A stretch of 64,000 bases of DNA from an uncultured Clostridia bacterium. Its GTDB lineage: Bacteria; Bacillota; Clostridia; Christensenellales; UBA1242. Under the pieces are notes generated by a model. The model was not told where the DNA came from, searched no databases, and worked only from the letters and a program-made list of their open reading frames with translations. The stretch covers positions 12,582 to 76,581 of the forward strand of contig CALWFB010000004.1 in NCBI GenBank assembly GCA_944377485.1. Reading direction: 5' to 3'. Both the position numbers and the translations under genes were made by a program. Within the stretch, counting starts at the first letter, position 1. Every line of letters begins with the position of its first letter. Of the stretch, positions 41,927 to 52,557 are shown one piece after another.

Positions 41927-42319
41927 CTACTCCTTTACATCTAGCACAACTTTAATGTGACTAGTTCTTGTGACAATTCTATCAGCGCCATGTGCTCTAC
42001 CACGGAAATAAACTTTATTTACTCGTGTAGGACCTGCACCTAAGATAACTTCTGCCAACTTCAAATCATGAACATTCATTCCCTTGTTGTGCTCAGCATT
42101 TGCACCAGCAGATTTAACCACTTTTAAAAGAATCGCTGCTGCATCTTGTGGCATATTAGATAAAATTGCCACTGCATCATCATAACTCTTACCACGTACT
42201 GTGTCGATAACAATCTTTGCCTTTGTAGGAGAAAGACGAACGTGACGAACACAAGCATATGGACGAGTGTCTTTAACTGCTTTGATTTTTTCTGATTTTT
42301 CTCTAATTCTCTTTGCCAT
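41927..42319 (-). CDS. rplV: 50S ribosomal protein L22
   Basis: RLSPTK, SAGANAEHN and RTSHI motifs. Confidence 0.95.
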   Translation of the reverse strand: MAKRIREKSEKIKAVKDTRPYACVRHVRLSPTKAKIVIDTVRGKSYDDAVAILSNMPQDAAAILLKVVKSAGANAEHNKGMNVHDLKLAEVILGAGPTRVNKVYFRGRAHGADRIVTRTSHIKVVLDVKE

Positions 42320-42328
42320 AGTTCACTC

Positions 42329-42607
42329 CTACTTTTTACCCTTTGCATCTTTTTGTTTGTGTCCTTTGAAGGTACGAGTTGGAGCAAATTCTCCCAACTT
42401 GTGACCTACCATGTCCACTGTGCAATATACAGGTATATGTTTTTTACCATTGTGTACAGCGATTGTGTGCCCTACGAATTCTGGATAGATAGTACTTGAA
42501 CGAGACCATGTTTTGATGGCTTTTTTCTCATTCTTTTCATTCATCTCAGTAATACGTTGCATCAACTTTTCTTCCACGAATGGTTTTTTCTTCAAACTTC
42601 TACTCAT
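42329..42607 (-). CDS. rpsS: 30S ribosomal protein S19
   Basis: KTWSRSS and [13 protein letters not shown] motifs. Confidence 0.98.
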   Translation of the reverse strand: MSRSLKKKPFVEEKLMQRITEMNEKNEKKAIKTWSRSSTIYPEFVGHTIAVHNGKKHIPVYCTVDMVGHKLGEFAPTRTFKGHKQKDAKGKK

Positions 42608-42616
42608 AAACTACTC

Positions 42617-43453
42617 CTACTTAGCTTTGGCTCTCTTGACAATCAATTTGTCACTAGCCTTTTTATGTTTTCTAGTCTTGTATCCAAGAGCTGGTTTACC
42701 CCAAGGAGTGACAGGACCTGCGTGACCAACTGGTGATTTACCTTCACCACCACCATGTGGGTGGTCAACTGGGTTCATCGCAGAACCACGCACTGATGGT
42801 CTAACACCTAAGTGACGTTTACGTCCAGCTTTACCAAGGGATACGATTTCATTTTCTTCATTACCGATTGTACCGATAGTAGCACGACACACAGCAAGTA
42901 CTTTTCTCATTTCGCCAGAAGGTAAGCGCAAAGTTGCGTATGCCCCTTCTTTTGCCATAAGTTGAGCAGACATACCCGCACTTCTAGCCATCTGTCCACC
43001 TTTACCTGGTTGCAATTCAATATTGTGAACAATAGCACCTAGCGGAATATCTTTCAATTCAAGTGCATTACCTGGCTTAATTTCAGCGCCAGTTCCGCTC
43101 ATAACCCTATCTCCAACATTAAGTCCCTTTGGAGCAAGGATAAATCTCTTTTCACCATCAGCATATGTCAACAATGCAATATATGCTGTTCTGTTTGGGT
43201 CGTATTGGATACTTTCAACTTTTGCCATGATTCCATCTTTATTACGTTTGAAATCAATTTTTCTATATTTGCGTCTATTAGCGCCACCAATATTACGAAC
43301 GGTTATTTTACCCTGAGCATTACGACCGCCTGTCTTTTTAACTTCTGTCAGCAATGACTTTGGTGCTACTGCATCTTTTGTCAATTCATCATATGTCTTG
43401 TAGGTTTTGAATCTACTGCCGGCAGATGTAGGTTTTATCTTTCTTATCGCCAT
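42617..43453 (-). CDS. rplB: 50S ribosomal protein L2
   Basis: YDPNRTA and [13 protein letters not shown] motifs. Confidence 0.99.
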   Translation of the reverse strand: MAIRKIKPTSAGSRFKTYKTYDELTKDAVAPKSLLTEVKKTGGRNAQGKITVRNIGGANRRKYRKIDFKRNKDGIMAKVESIQYDPNRTAYIALLTYADGEKRFILAPKGLNVGDRVMSGTGAEIKPGNALELKDIPLGAIVHNIELQPGKGGQMARSAGMSAQLMAKEGAYATLRLPSGEMRKVLAVCRATIGTIGNEENEIVSLGKAGRKRHLGVRPSVRGSAMNPVDHPHGGGEGKSPVGHAGPVTPWGKPALGYKTRKHKKASDKLIVKRAKAK

Positions 43454-43465
43454 AATCTACTCCTT

Positions 43466-43768
43466 TTAGTTCAAACTCTCGAAGAATGCGATAGCCTTTG
43501 ATTCAGGTTTCAAGAAAACAATTGCTTTCTTGTAATCGCTCGTTCGACCAGTCACTCGACCTTGTTTTGTATTTCTTGATTTTTCTTTTCCTTTGCAGTT
43601 TACAGTATTCACACGTTCAACTTGAACTTCAAACAATTCTTCAACTGCTTTTTTGATTTCCACTTTGTTTGCATTTACATTAACTTTAAATGTATACACT
43701 TTGTTTGGGAAGCCAGCGTACGACTTTTCAGTCATAATCGGCTCCAAGATTATTTCTTGCGCTTTCAT
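43466..43768 (-). CDS. rplW: 50S ribosomal protein L23
   Basis: PIMTEKS, ANKVEIKKAVE and YKKAIV motifs. Confidence 0.97.
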   Translation of the reverse strand: MKAQEIILEPIMTEKSYAGFPNKVYTFKVNVNANKVEIKKAVEELFEVQVERVNTVNCKGKEKSRNTKQGRVTGRTSDYKKAIVFLKPESKAIAFFESLN

Positions 43769-44391
43769 TATACGTATGCCTCCTCTAATTTCTTAATTGC
43801 ATCTTTTGTGAACACTAAATATGTGTTTTCTACTACTTGTGCCACATTGAGTAGCATAACATCTTCACAACTAACTTTTTGAATATTTCCAGTTGCTCTT
43901 ATTACGCCCTCATCTTTTCCATTAGTTAAAATCATAGTACGTTTATTCAAACCAAATGTCTTTAAGAATTCGCTAGCACTCTTGGTTTTGTTGTCAGCAA
44001 ATTTTACTTCATCTAGAATGAACACTTCGTTTTGTCTGATTTTTTGTGATAATGCAGATGAAAATGCTATATCTCTCATCTTCTTATTAATCTTTTGACT
44101 AAAATCACGTGGTTTTGGAGCGAATACTACACCACCACCATCGAATTGTGGAGCACTACGTTCATCATGACGAGCACCACCAGTACCTTTTTGTCTGTAT
44201 AATTTCTTCTTACTAGCATTAACTTCGCTACGAGTAAGAGTTGATTTTGTTCCTTGTCTTGCGTTGTTGTGCAATGCTACAACCACTTGATGAATAAGTG
44301 GTTCGTTATAGTCTGCATCGAACACTAAATCGTTCAGACTAATATCGCCAACCGCCTCTTTCTTCATATTATAAACTTTTAGTTTCGCCAT
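43768..44391 (-). CDS. rplD: 50S ribosomal protein L4
   Basis: RQGTK, RQKGTG and GGGVVFAPKPR motifs. Confidence 0.97.
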   Translation of the reverse strand: MAKLKVYNMKKEAVGDISLNDLVFDADYNEPLIHQVVVALHNNARQGTKSTLTRSEVNASKKKLYRQKGTGGARHDERSAPQFDGGGVVFAPKPRDFSQKINKKMRDIAFSSALSQKIRQNEVFILDEVKFADNKTKSASEFLKTFGLNKRTMILTNGKDEGVIRATGNIQKVSCEDVMLLNVAQVVENTYLVFTKDAIKKLEEAYV

Positions 44392-44402
44392 AGTTTACTC
44401 CT

Positions 44403-45035
44403 TTAAGCTTTCACCGCAGATTTGATAGTGACGATTGATTTCTTTGGTCCAGGAATTGCACCTTTAACCAAAATCAAATTTCTATCAGCATCTACACGTA
44501 CAACTTTAAGATTTTGCACTGTCACGGCTTCATGACCGTAGTGACCTGGCATCTTTTTGCCTTTGAATACTCTACTAGGTGTTGAGTTTGCGCCCATTGA
44601 ACCTACTTCTCTATGAACAGGTCCAACACCGTGAGTCATTTTTAATCTCTGTTGATTCCAACGTTTAATTACACCAGTGAACCCATGTCCTTTGGTAATT
44701 CCAGATACGTCTACCAAATCTCCTTCGCTAAACATATCTGCTTTAATCTCTTGACCAAGACTAAATTTTGAAACGTCATCATATTTAAATTCTTTCATCA
44801 CACGTTTTGGTTCTACACCAGCTTTTTTGAAAGCACCAGCTTGTGATTTGTTCACATTCTTTGCTTTGATATCTCCGAATGCTACTTGCACTGAGTTATA
44901 ACCATCTGTGTCTGTAGTCTTAATTTGAGTCACATAGCAAGGACCTGCTTCAATTACTGTCACAGGTTCAACTCTTCCGTCATCAGTAAACACTTGTGTC
45001 ATACCGATTTTTCTACCAATAATCGCTTTTTCCAC
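44403..45035 (-). CDS. rplC: 50S ribosomal protein L3 (GTG start)
   Basis: [19 protein letters not shown] and VKGAIPG motifs. Confidence 0.98.
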   Translation of the reverse strand: MEKAIIGRKIGMTQVFTDDGRVEPVTVIEAGPCYVTQIKTTDTDGYNSVQVAFGDIKAKNVNKSQAGAFKKAGVEPKRVMKEFKYDDVSKFSLGQEIKADMFSEGDLVDVSGITKGHGFTGVIKRWNQQRLKMTHGVGPVHREVGSMGANSTPSRVFKGKKMPGHYGHEAVTVQNLKVVRVDADRNLILVKGAIPGPKKSIVTIKSAVKA

Positions 45036-45045
45036 AGTTCCCTCC

Positions 45046-45354
45046 TTATAGTTCTACCTTGATATCTACACCAGCAGGTACATTCATTTTTAGCAATGTA
45101 TCAACTGCTTTTGCATTAGGTGCGAACACATCAATTAATCTAACATGTGTACGAGATTCAAATTGTTCACGTGAATCTTTGTACTTGTGCGTAGCACGGA
45201 TAATTGTCACCACTTCCCTTTTTGTTGGTAGTGGAACAGGTCCAGAAATTTTACATCCAGACTTTGTTGCAGTGTCAAGAATTCTTGATACTACATTTTC
45301 TAGCAAACCTATATCGTATGATGTAAGTTTGATTCTAAGTTTTGTTGTTGCCAT
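45046..45354 (-). CDS. rpsJ: 30S ribosomal protein S10
   Basis: GPVPLPT and [11 protein letters not shown] motifs; true start is ATG 45354 (AGGAG SD), not 45432. Confidence 0.97.
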   Translation of the reverse strand: MATTKLRIKLTSYDIGLLENVVSRILDTATKSGCKISGPVPLPTKREVVTIIRATHKYKDSREQFESRTHVRLIDVFAPNAKAVDTLLKMNVPAGVDIKVEL

Positions 45355-45667
45355 TTTTTCTCTCCTTTTATATATAGTCAACACTAAACCAACTCTAACT
45401 TTACTATCAGGCATTTGAACATTTTCATTCAATCAATTATAGCGTATTGCGGTAGTTTGCCTTAGCACTTGCTCGCATTTACACTATGCCGGGTGTAAAG
45501 TGCTGATTTTCAAAAATAAATTGGGCAGTGCCCTTTACTTTGCTGTCGGCGTCCAACCGGACTAGGTCAACATAAATTCCCATTTGTCGCTTGCTAACAA
45601 ATGCAACCTTATGCGTCAAACCATTAATCAGCATTTTTATTCTATCAAAGAAAATAATGATTGTCAA
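45355..45667 (-). promoter_or_regulatory. S10 operon promoter and long structured leader RNA
   Basis: TTGACA-17-TAGAAT (45667-45639); GC-enriched leader with AGGTTGC and ACACCCGGC motifs resembling Firmicute rpsJ leaders. Confidence 0.75.
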
Positions 45668-45787
45668 CCCTTTTTATAAACTTTTTTAACAAATTATATA
45701 TTAAAAATCTATCAATAATTTACCTTTTTAGTTGACACCCATCTTGACCCACTTTACATTCAAAATGAAATTTGATACACTACAATT

Positions 45788-46117
45788 ATGAAACAATTTG
45801 AAAAGAATGATAATAGTTTTGTCTGTGCCTGGTGTGGTAGACTCGTTCCAGAATTAAAATACACATCTCGTGACCATTGCACGCATTGCCTTGCATCTCT
45901 GCATGTGGATATCAATCCTGGGGATAGAGCAAATTCATGCGGAGGAATACTTTTCCCCATTGATGTCACAATTAGTGGGAAAAAAGGATATATAATACAA
46001 TACAGGTGTAGCAAATGTGGAAAACTACATAACAACAAGTCAGCTGACGATGATGAATTTGCAACAATTTTAAAAGTTATGAACACAACCTACAATCCCA
46101 CAGATTATAAAAAATAA
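45788..46117 (+). CDS. RNHCP-domain zinc-binding protein
   Basis: FVCAWCG...RDHCTHCLASLHVD..PGDRA..CGG...RCSKCG...ADDD. Confidence 0.88.
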   Translation: MKQFEKNDNSFVCAWCGRLVPELKYTSRDHCTHCLASLHVDINPGDRANSCGGILFPIDVTISGKKGYIIQYRCSKCGKLHNNKSADDDEFATILKVMNTTYNPTDYKK

Positions 46118-46383
46118 AATTGATTAAAAAAAGAAAAGTTATAATATAATTTTAATAACAAAATATTAATATCTAATTTTATAATATTTTTGTCATCATA
46201 AGATTAGATATATCCACATATATTATGAAAAGATATTTTTATATTTTTGCTTTTATATTTACTAAAATATAATCTTTATGTTCGTTTAATCAAATAATTA
46301 ATAAAATTTTTTAAAAAAGGTATTTACAAATATAAAATAATGTGTTAAAATTCTAATGAATTAAATCAATTAAGGAGTAAATT

Positions 46384-46863
46384 ATGCCTAATAACGATAA
46401 TAAAAATAATAATTTAATACCTCAATTTATACCAGATAATTCAGCGGTAGCAAGAAAACTTGACAACATGTCAGACCAAGAGTTGTTCGAAAGATATTTT
46501 ATGCCAACAAATAATCCTAATTGGGATATTAGAAAAGATGCCTCAGATGTTGTTAATGTTAAAATCCCTAAAACAGAAAAATATAAATATGCAAAAACTG
46601 TATCAGTTAGTGGAGAACCATTAGATTATTTTGTTGCAGTTTTAAGTAATAGATTAAATACCTATATCCCTAACGGATATAAACTTAATATGCTTAATAT
46701 CATAGAAGATTTTGAAAATATCTTGATAGAAAATTCTGAACAAGCAAGAGATGTGTCTAGAACAAAAAAAGTCAATAGATTCTTGTATGATGTGACAAGA
46801 TACTTTGTAGATTTGTGCAATCTAGGTCTTGATTACATTCTTGCGGATACAGCAAATCAATAA
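46384..46863 (+). CDS. hypothetical protein
   Basis: AAGGAG SD, own promoter-like sequence, terminator after the stop. Confidence 0.65.
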   Translation: MPNNDNKNNNLIPQFIPDNSAVARKLDNMSDQELFERYFMPTNNPNWDIRKDASDVVNVKIPKTEKYKYAKTVSVSGEPLDYFVAVLSNRLNTYIPNGYKLNMLNIIEDFENILIENSEQARDVSRTKKVNRFLYDVTRYFVDLCNLGLDYILADTANQ

Positions 46864-46864
46864 T

Positions 46865-46892
46865 AAAAAAATCGCCGCATGGCGATTTTTTT
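46865..46892. terminator. bidirectional terminator
   Basis: AAAAAATCGCC-gcat-GGCGATTTTTT. Confidence 0.85.
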
Positions 46893-48729
46893 ATGGTGTA
46901 GATGTATAATTTTCTTCGTTTATGATTTCCACATTGCCTTCCCTAATCACTTCAATTTTTCCTCTTCCTGTTTTATATTCTTTGTCGATATCTTCAATTT
47001 TATTATTATTCATGACTCCGATATTAATTGTAGTCTGTTTTTTACCTTTATTTGTTTGGCTAACCGCCGCTGGCCTATTTAAACCATTGTTTGTATCCTT
47101 ATGTTGAGTTGTCGTTGCTGGATGCACTCTTCTTCCAATCATGCCATTGCCACTAGAAACTCCATTCGAATTTGTGGTTGCTTTTTTCCTTGGAGCTGTG
47201 CTAGCAGATTGTGTTGGAGCCGCTTTTTTATCTCCTTTCTTTGCCTGCCCTGACGGAGCTTTTGCACCTGTTTTAGTCGCACTCGCTTTCTTCACGTTTG
47301 CACTATTTTCTTTTTTCTTTTCAGGTTCTGGATTGGTATTAGCCTGTACGTTGGTTTCCGCTTTCTTCTCTTCTTTATTTGTTTTCTTTGCTTCGGCCTT
47401 TGTTTCTTTTATTTTTTCAGTTGTGGCTACTCCCACATTCTCTTTAACATTTGCGCCTATACCATTAAGCGCATTAATTAGTTTTGCCCGGTTGGAAGAT
47501 GATGCTTGTGTCTTATCTTTTATTTCTTCTTTTGCACCATTGACCGCTGCACCGATTACTGCACCTGCAACTATTGCATCTAATAATCTTGAATTAGCTT
47601 TCGCCCTATCTTTTGAAATTTTTCTATCCTTACCCTGTTCTGAAACTTCTACATCATTTGAATCGTTTCCTCTTTCAAGGATAATTCCAGTATTAATCGC
47701 AATCGCCTCAGCAATGTTTCGTTCAACAACTTGTTTTTCTGCTTGCAAATTATTTTGAGCTAATTCTGGTATGGTCTGTCTTTCTTCTTCTCTATATGTT
47801 TCAAGAACTATTTTATCTTTTTTTTCTGCCGTGATTTCATTGCCAACATGCTCTTCATTAACCTCAATTGTTTCTGTCTTATATTCAATAGTATCTTGAA
47901 CTTTAATATTGTGTTCTACTTGAACATTATGTTTTTCTGCTTCAAATTCTTTTTTCTCTTCTTCATCTAGCACATTGATATTGTTTTCAATAACTTTCTC
48001 TATTATTTCATTTACCGTCTTTGCGAAATTTGGTCTATCTATACGTATAAAATCTTTCTTTTCAGTCAAAGTAGATTTCAACTCAGCATCGACTATTTTC
48101 TTTAATTTTGGATAATGTTCAATAATGGCTAAGAGATTTACTGAATATTCTGCTTCTATCTCTTCGAGCTTTTCTTCATTATTTAAAAATATCTCATTCG
48201 CTTTAATAAGATATTTAAAACGCTTAGTTAGCCCTGCATAAACAGCGAGAGCATCTTCGTCCATATGAAATACATCTAATATTTCTCCTGGGACAACAGA
48301 TATATTCCAACGTCTATATAATGCATTTTTATCTACTACACCAGACGTTTCAACTTCGTCCAAAATATATTCGTTGATATTGCTATATGTCCCACTATTT
48401 AACTTATTATTCGCTTCAAAACTTATTTTTTCAACTAGTGAAAGTGTGGCACGATTACCTTCTAGTGTCACCATAAAAGTAATCTGTTTGTCAAACTTTA
48501 TATTGCTATAACAGATATCAATATTATCAATCGTATCTACGACATACTTTTTCATAGCGATTAACTCACGTTGAATATCAGGAGAAATGACATATTCTCC
48601 TTCCGAATTGAAATCACCCCACATATAACCAAGAATTGTATGACGCAAATTGTTGAATTTCAAATATTCAATTTCTGCGCTATCTTCGACATATCCTAAA
48701 TCAGAATCCTGTTTTAAATACTTAGCCAT
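46891..48729 (-). CDS. hypothetical protein: acidic N-domain, central hydrophobic segment, low-complexity tail
   Basis: 612-aa ORF with AGGAG SD; no family recognised. Confidence 0.7.
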   Translation of the reverse strand: MAKYLKQDSDLGYVEDSAEIEYLKFNNLRHTILGYMWGDFNSEGEYVISPDIQRELIAMKKYVVDTIDNIDICYSNIKFDKQITFMVTLEGNRATLSLVEKISFEANNKLNSGTYSNINEYILDEVETSGVVDKNALYRRWNISVVPGEILDVFHMDEDALAVYAGLTKRFKYLIKANEIFLNNEEKLEEIEAEYSVNLLAIIEHYPKLKKIVDAELKSTLTEKKDFIRIDRPNFAKTVNEIIEKVIENNINVLDEEEKKEFEAEKHNVQVEHNIKVQDTIEYKTETIEVNEEHVGNEITAEKKDKIVLETYREEERQTIPELAQNNLQAEKQVVERNIAEAIAINTGIILERGNDSNDVEVSEQGKDRKISKDRAKANSRLLDAIVAGAVIGAAVNGAKEEIKDKTQASSSNRAKLINALNGIGANVKENVGVATTEKIKETKAEAKKTNKEEKKAETNVQANTNPEPEKKKENSANVKKASATKTGAKAPSGQAKKGDKKAAPTQSASTAPRKKATTNSNGVSSGNGMIGRRVHPATTTQHKDTNNGLNRPAAVSQTNKGKKQTTINIGVMNNNKIEDIDKEYKTGRGKIEVIREGNVEIINEENYTSTP

Positions 48730-48890
48730 ATATTTCTCCTGATTAAATTATAACATAGTTATTTAAAATTCGCAAACAAAAAATAGCGTCAAAGCGCTAT
48801 TTAATTATTTGATTTTTTTAATGTTTTTATTTACAAAATTTATAAGACAAAAAATTAATTTAATGACCTTTGAATATGATTTGTTATAAT

Positions 48891-49961
48891 TTAATCTTCT
48901 TGTTCACTAAGTTTTCTTTGCTGGTCAGCAAGGGTTAGTGCATCAATCATTTCATCTAAATCACCATTCATAAAATCTTCAATGTTATAAAGACTAAGTC
49001 CTATTCTATGGTCTGTCACTCTACCTTGTGGAAAGTTGTATGTCCTGATTCGTTCGCTTCTATCTCCGGTGCCCACTTGGCTCTTTCTATTTTGTTTGTA
49101 TTCCGCTTCTTTCTGTTGTTGATAATAATCATACACCTTTGCTCTTAACATTGCAAAAGCTTTTTCTTTGTTTTGCGTCTGACTACGTTCGTCTTGGCAA
49201 CTGACCACAATTCCTGTTGGAAAGTGTGTAATCCTAATAGCAGATTCCGTCTTGTTAATATGCTGTCCGCCCGCACCACTACTTCTGAATAAATCTATAC
49301 GAATGTCTTTATCATTTATCTCCACATCGGCATCTTCCATCTCTGGCAGAATTGCAACAGTAGCAGTAGAAGTATGCACTCTACCTTGGCTCTCAGTTTC
49401 TGGTACGCGCTGTACTCTATGCACTCCTGATTCATATTTGAAACGTGCATATGCATTCTTGCCTTTTATCATCGCTTGCACTTCTTTAATACCGCCAAGT
49501 TCGGTCTCTTCAATATTCATAATTTCCATTTTGAATTTGTGAGAATCACAATACATTTGATACATTCTTAGCAAACTGTGAGCAAATAAAGAACTTTCCT
49601 CTCCGCCTGCTCCACCACGGATTTCCAATATGACATTTTTTGTATCATTCTCGTCTTTTGGGAGCAACAAAATCTTTAATTGCTCTTCACTTTTACTTAA
49701 CTTATCTTTTAATTCTTCACATTCTTCTTTCAGCATACTTTTCATTTCGGCATCAGATTCTGTTTCAATTAAACTCTTTGCATCTTCATAATCTTTGCTT
49801 AGTTTTTCATAATTTTCATATTCTTCCATGAGAGGTTGAAGAGAAGAATGTTCTTTCACTTTCTTTTGCCAAGTTTTTGTGTCTGCTATGATTTGTGGGT
49901 CAGCTATTTCACGAGTTAAGTTGTCAAACTTTTCCTTAATCCCTTTCAACTTTTCCAACAT
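48891..49961 (-). CDS. prfA: peptide chain release factor 1
   Basis: VQRVPETE (PxT), GAGGQH and RTYNFPQGRVTDHR motifs. Confidence 0.98.
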   Translation of the reverse strand: MLEKLKGIKEKFDNLTREIADPQIIADTKTWQKKVKEHSSLQPLMEEYENYEKLSKDYEDAKSLIETESDAEMKSMLKEECEELKDKLSKSEEQLKILLLPKDENDTKNVILEIRGGAGGEESSLFAHSLLRMYQMYCDSHKFKMEIMNIEETELGGIKEVQAMIKGKNAYARFKYESGVHRVQRVPETESQGRVHTSTATVAILPEMEDADVEINDKDIRIDLFRSSGAGGQHINKTESAIRITHFPTGIVVSCQDERSQTQNKEKAFAMLRAKVYDYYQQQKEAEYKQNRKSQVGTGDRSERIRTYNFPQGRVTDHRIGLSLYNIEDFMNGDLDEMIDALTLADQQRKLSEQED

Positions 49962-49973
49962 ATATACTCCTTA

Positions 49974-50789
49974 TTATTTTGTAAATACCAATACTCTATC
50001 TATTCCGTTAAGGTCTAGCACAGATTCTACAAAATTAAAATCATTAAATAATGAAATGATTGGTTGTTTTTGATTGTATCCTATCTCCAATATCAACATT
50101 CCACCATCATTTAAATGTTTTCGTGCCTCATTATGAATATCGTTAAAGAACTTCAAGCCCATATCTCCGCCATCTAGTGCAAGTATTGGGTCATAGTCTT
50201 TTACTTCTTTATCCAAATCTTCAATTTCATCCGTTGCAATATATGGAGGATTTGAAACTATTAAGTCAAATTTCCCGTCCACTTTATCAAACATATCACT
50301 CTTTAAAAATTCTACATTTACCTTGTTGATTTTTGCATTCTTTTTGGCAATCTGCAATGCTTTATTTGATATATCTGTTGCAAGCATTTCAATATCAGAA
50401 TTTTTTTTGATGGCAATGGCAAGACAACCACTACCAGTACACAGGTCTATACAAGACTTATAACCCTTTTCATTAATATACTTCAAAGTTGTATCTACAA
50501 CAACTTCACTATCTTGACGAGGAGATAAAACATTCTCATCAATATAAAATGTCATACCATAAAAATATGCTTTTTTGAATAATTTGTCTATTGGAATATC
50601 TGTATCCAATCTAATCGTTGCATATTCTCTAATCGTCTGTTCGGTCATGTCATCTATATCTTCAATCAATGTCAGTTCAGTTCTTGGCACGTTTAAAACT
50701 TCGGACACAATAAAATCTACATCAGCACTATCTTTTTCGTGCTGACAATATAAATCCTTTAATTCTTTTCTTAATTCAATCAATTTCAT
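49974..50789 (-). CDS. prmC: release factor glutamine methyltransferase
   Basis: DLCTGSGC, SNPPYI and ALDGG motifs; adjacent to prfA. Confidence 0.95.
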   Translation of the reverse strand: MKLIELRKELKDLYCQHEKDSADVDFIVSEVLNVPRTELTLIEDIDDMTEQTIREYATIRLDTDIPIDKLFKKAYFYGMTFYIDENVLSPRQDSEVVVDTTLKYINEKGYKSCIDLCTGSGCLAIAIKKNSDIEMLATDISNKALQIAKKNAKINKVNVEFLKSDMFDKVDGKFDLIVSNPPYIATDEIEDLDKEVKDYDPILALDGGDMGLKFFNDIHNEARKHLNDGGMLILEIGYNQKQPIISLFNDFNFVESVLDLNGIDRVLVFTK

Positions 50790-50851
50790 ATAATTTTTTA
50801 ATAAAAAAATACGTGCCTATTCTGCGCATGCAAAAAAGACACGTAAATTGG

Positions 50852-51070
50852 CTATTTCAATTTATGTTTTTTATTGAATCTATCTACACGACCTTCGGTA
50901 TCAACGAGTTTTTGTTGACCAGTAAAGAATGGATGACATTTATCACAAACTTCAAGTCTAACTGTATCTCCCTCTTTTACACCTGGTTTTGAAGTTTTAC
51001 CTTTGAACTCATGACCGCAAGCACATAGAAAAGTCACTTCTACGTAATTTGGTTGGATATCTTTCTTCAT
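50852..51070 (-). CDS. rpmE: 50S ribosomal protein L31 (Zn-type)
   Basis: CACG...CDKCHPFFTGQQK...GRVDRF. Confidence 0.97.
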   Translation of the reverse strand: MKKDIQPNYVEVTFLCACGHEFKGKTSKPGVKEGDTVRLEVCDKCHPFFTGQQKLVDTEGRVDRFNKKHKLK

Positions 51071-51124
51071 AACTACTCCTTAATTATTCTAGCGAAATGA
51101 TTATACCTTGAAAATAGTCATTTG

Positions 51125-52375
51125 TCAACCATTTTTTGAAGAACTTTTAATAATCTTTTTGGCTACACAATCAATATCCCCTGCTCCAACGAATGCTATT
51201 GCTCGCTCTTTTCCTATAAAATTAAGTACATTTTTAATGCTAGTTGCGTATTTTATGTTATTATTATATTTTTTTAATTCCATATACAATTCATGTGCAC
51301 TAATTCCACAACTCGGTCTTTCACGAGCAGGATATTCTTTATATATACACAAATCATCTACTTCTTTTAAGACCGATATAAATTCAGACAAAAACATTTT
51401 TGTTCGAGAATAAGTATGTGGTTGAAAAACAATTTTACATTCTTTGAATTCTTGCGAAAAGTTTTCAATAAATGCTTTCAATTCTGTTGGGTGATGAGCA
51501 TAATCTATAAATATTTTTTTATTCTTATATAGTCCTAAATATTCATATCTCCTAGGAATTCCAATAAATGAATTCACTGCTTTTATAATAGTACTATCAT
51601 CTACTCCCAAAAATTTGCATACAGCAACCGCAAGAGATATATTGTCTAAATTGTATTCTCCTTTTATTTTCGGTTTAATCTTTAAATTGGTTCGTTTAAC
51701 AAAGTTTGTATTTTTAACTCTTTTTAAATAACTGACACTATTTGTGTCATAGACAAATCTCTTTAATCCACGTTTTAAAAAGGTCAAAAAAGCAGTACGC
51801 AAATTAAAAATATTTTTATATGTATCCAAATGCTCTGCTTCCACATTTGTCACAACAGAAATTGTTGGTTTCAAATGCAAAAAACTCTTATTATATTCAC
51901 AAGCTTCCACTACCAAATAATCATCACCACACTTAAATCGAGGCGCAAAAACATCTGCACCAATATGACACGAAACTTTTTTATTCGCTGTACGCAAAAT
52001 TTCATAAATTAAAGATGCGGTAGTACTTTTCCCATGAGTGCCAGCAACTGCAATTATACATTTAAATTCCTCGCAGATTTTTCCCAAAATTCCCGCCCTA
52101 TCAAATATTGGACAATTAAGTTTTTTCAAATTGACAATATATTTATTGTTGTCCTTTATTGCCGCTGTCTTCACACAAAAATCTACATGCAAAAATTCTT
52201 TTTTAAATCTGTTCGTGACAATTATTCCAGCATTGGAACATAAGTTTGTATATTCATTCAATTTTTTATCATAACCATATACCGTGTAGCCCTTTTCTCT
52301 ATATGCTAGTGCTAATTGGTGCATACTGACTCCACCAATACCCAAAAATAAAACAGATTGATAATTTTTTTTCAT
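51125..52375 (-). CDS. murC: UDP-N-acetylmuramate--L-alanine ligase (divergent)
   Basis: GIGGVSM, AGTHGKSTT, EACEY, DYAHHPTE, FQPHTYSRT and GAGDI motifs. Confidence 0.9.
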   Translation of the reverse strand: MKKNYQSVLFLGIGGVSMHQLALAYREKGYTVYGYDKKLNEYTNLCSNAGIIVTNRFKKEFLHVDFCVKTAAIKDNNKYIVNLKKLNCPIFDRAGILGKICEEFKCIIAVAGTHGKSTTASLIYEILRTANKKVSCHIGADVFAPRFKCGDDYLVVEACEYNKSFLHLKPTISVVTNVEAEHLDTYKNIFNLRTAFLTFLKRGLKRFVYDTNSVSYLKRVKNTNFVKRTNLKIKPKIKGEYNLDNISLAVAVCKFLGVDDSTIIKAVNSFIGIPRRYEYLGLYKNKKIFIDYAHHPTELKAFIENFSQEFKECKIVFQPHTYSRTKMFLSEFISVLKEVDDLCIYKEYPARERPSCGISAHELYMELKKYNNNIKYATSIKNVLNFIGKERAIAFVGAGDIDCVAKKIIKSSSKNG

Positions 52376-52557
52376 TTTTATCACCTATTTTCATATATGA
52401 ATTAATTTTATATTTGGTAAATAGTACAAAAGAATTTAGAAAATAAAAAAAATAAACGAATAAATATATTAAAAATCATTTGCAAAATATTTTTATATTA
52501 GGTAAAATAATAATGACTACATTGTAGTTAATCTAAAAAAGGGGAAGGTGAATAGAC

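Noticed and set aside
21332-45354. Genetic-code reassignment as the cause of odd residues in conserved proteins
   Set aside because: AGG occurs at conserved Arg positions (L29 IARVK), the odd residues use ordinary codons, and no in-frame stops occur in core genes; CGG is too rare to judge.
45355-45432. N-terminal extension of S10 (128-aa ORF)
   Set aside because: The strong SD precedes ATG 45354; the extension lies within the leader RNA.
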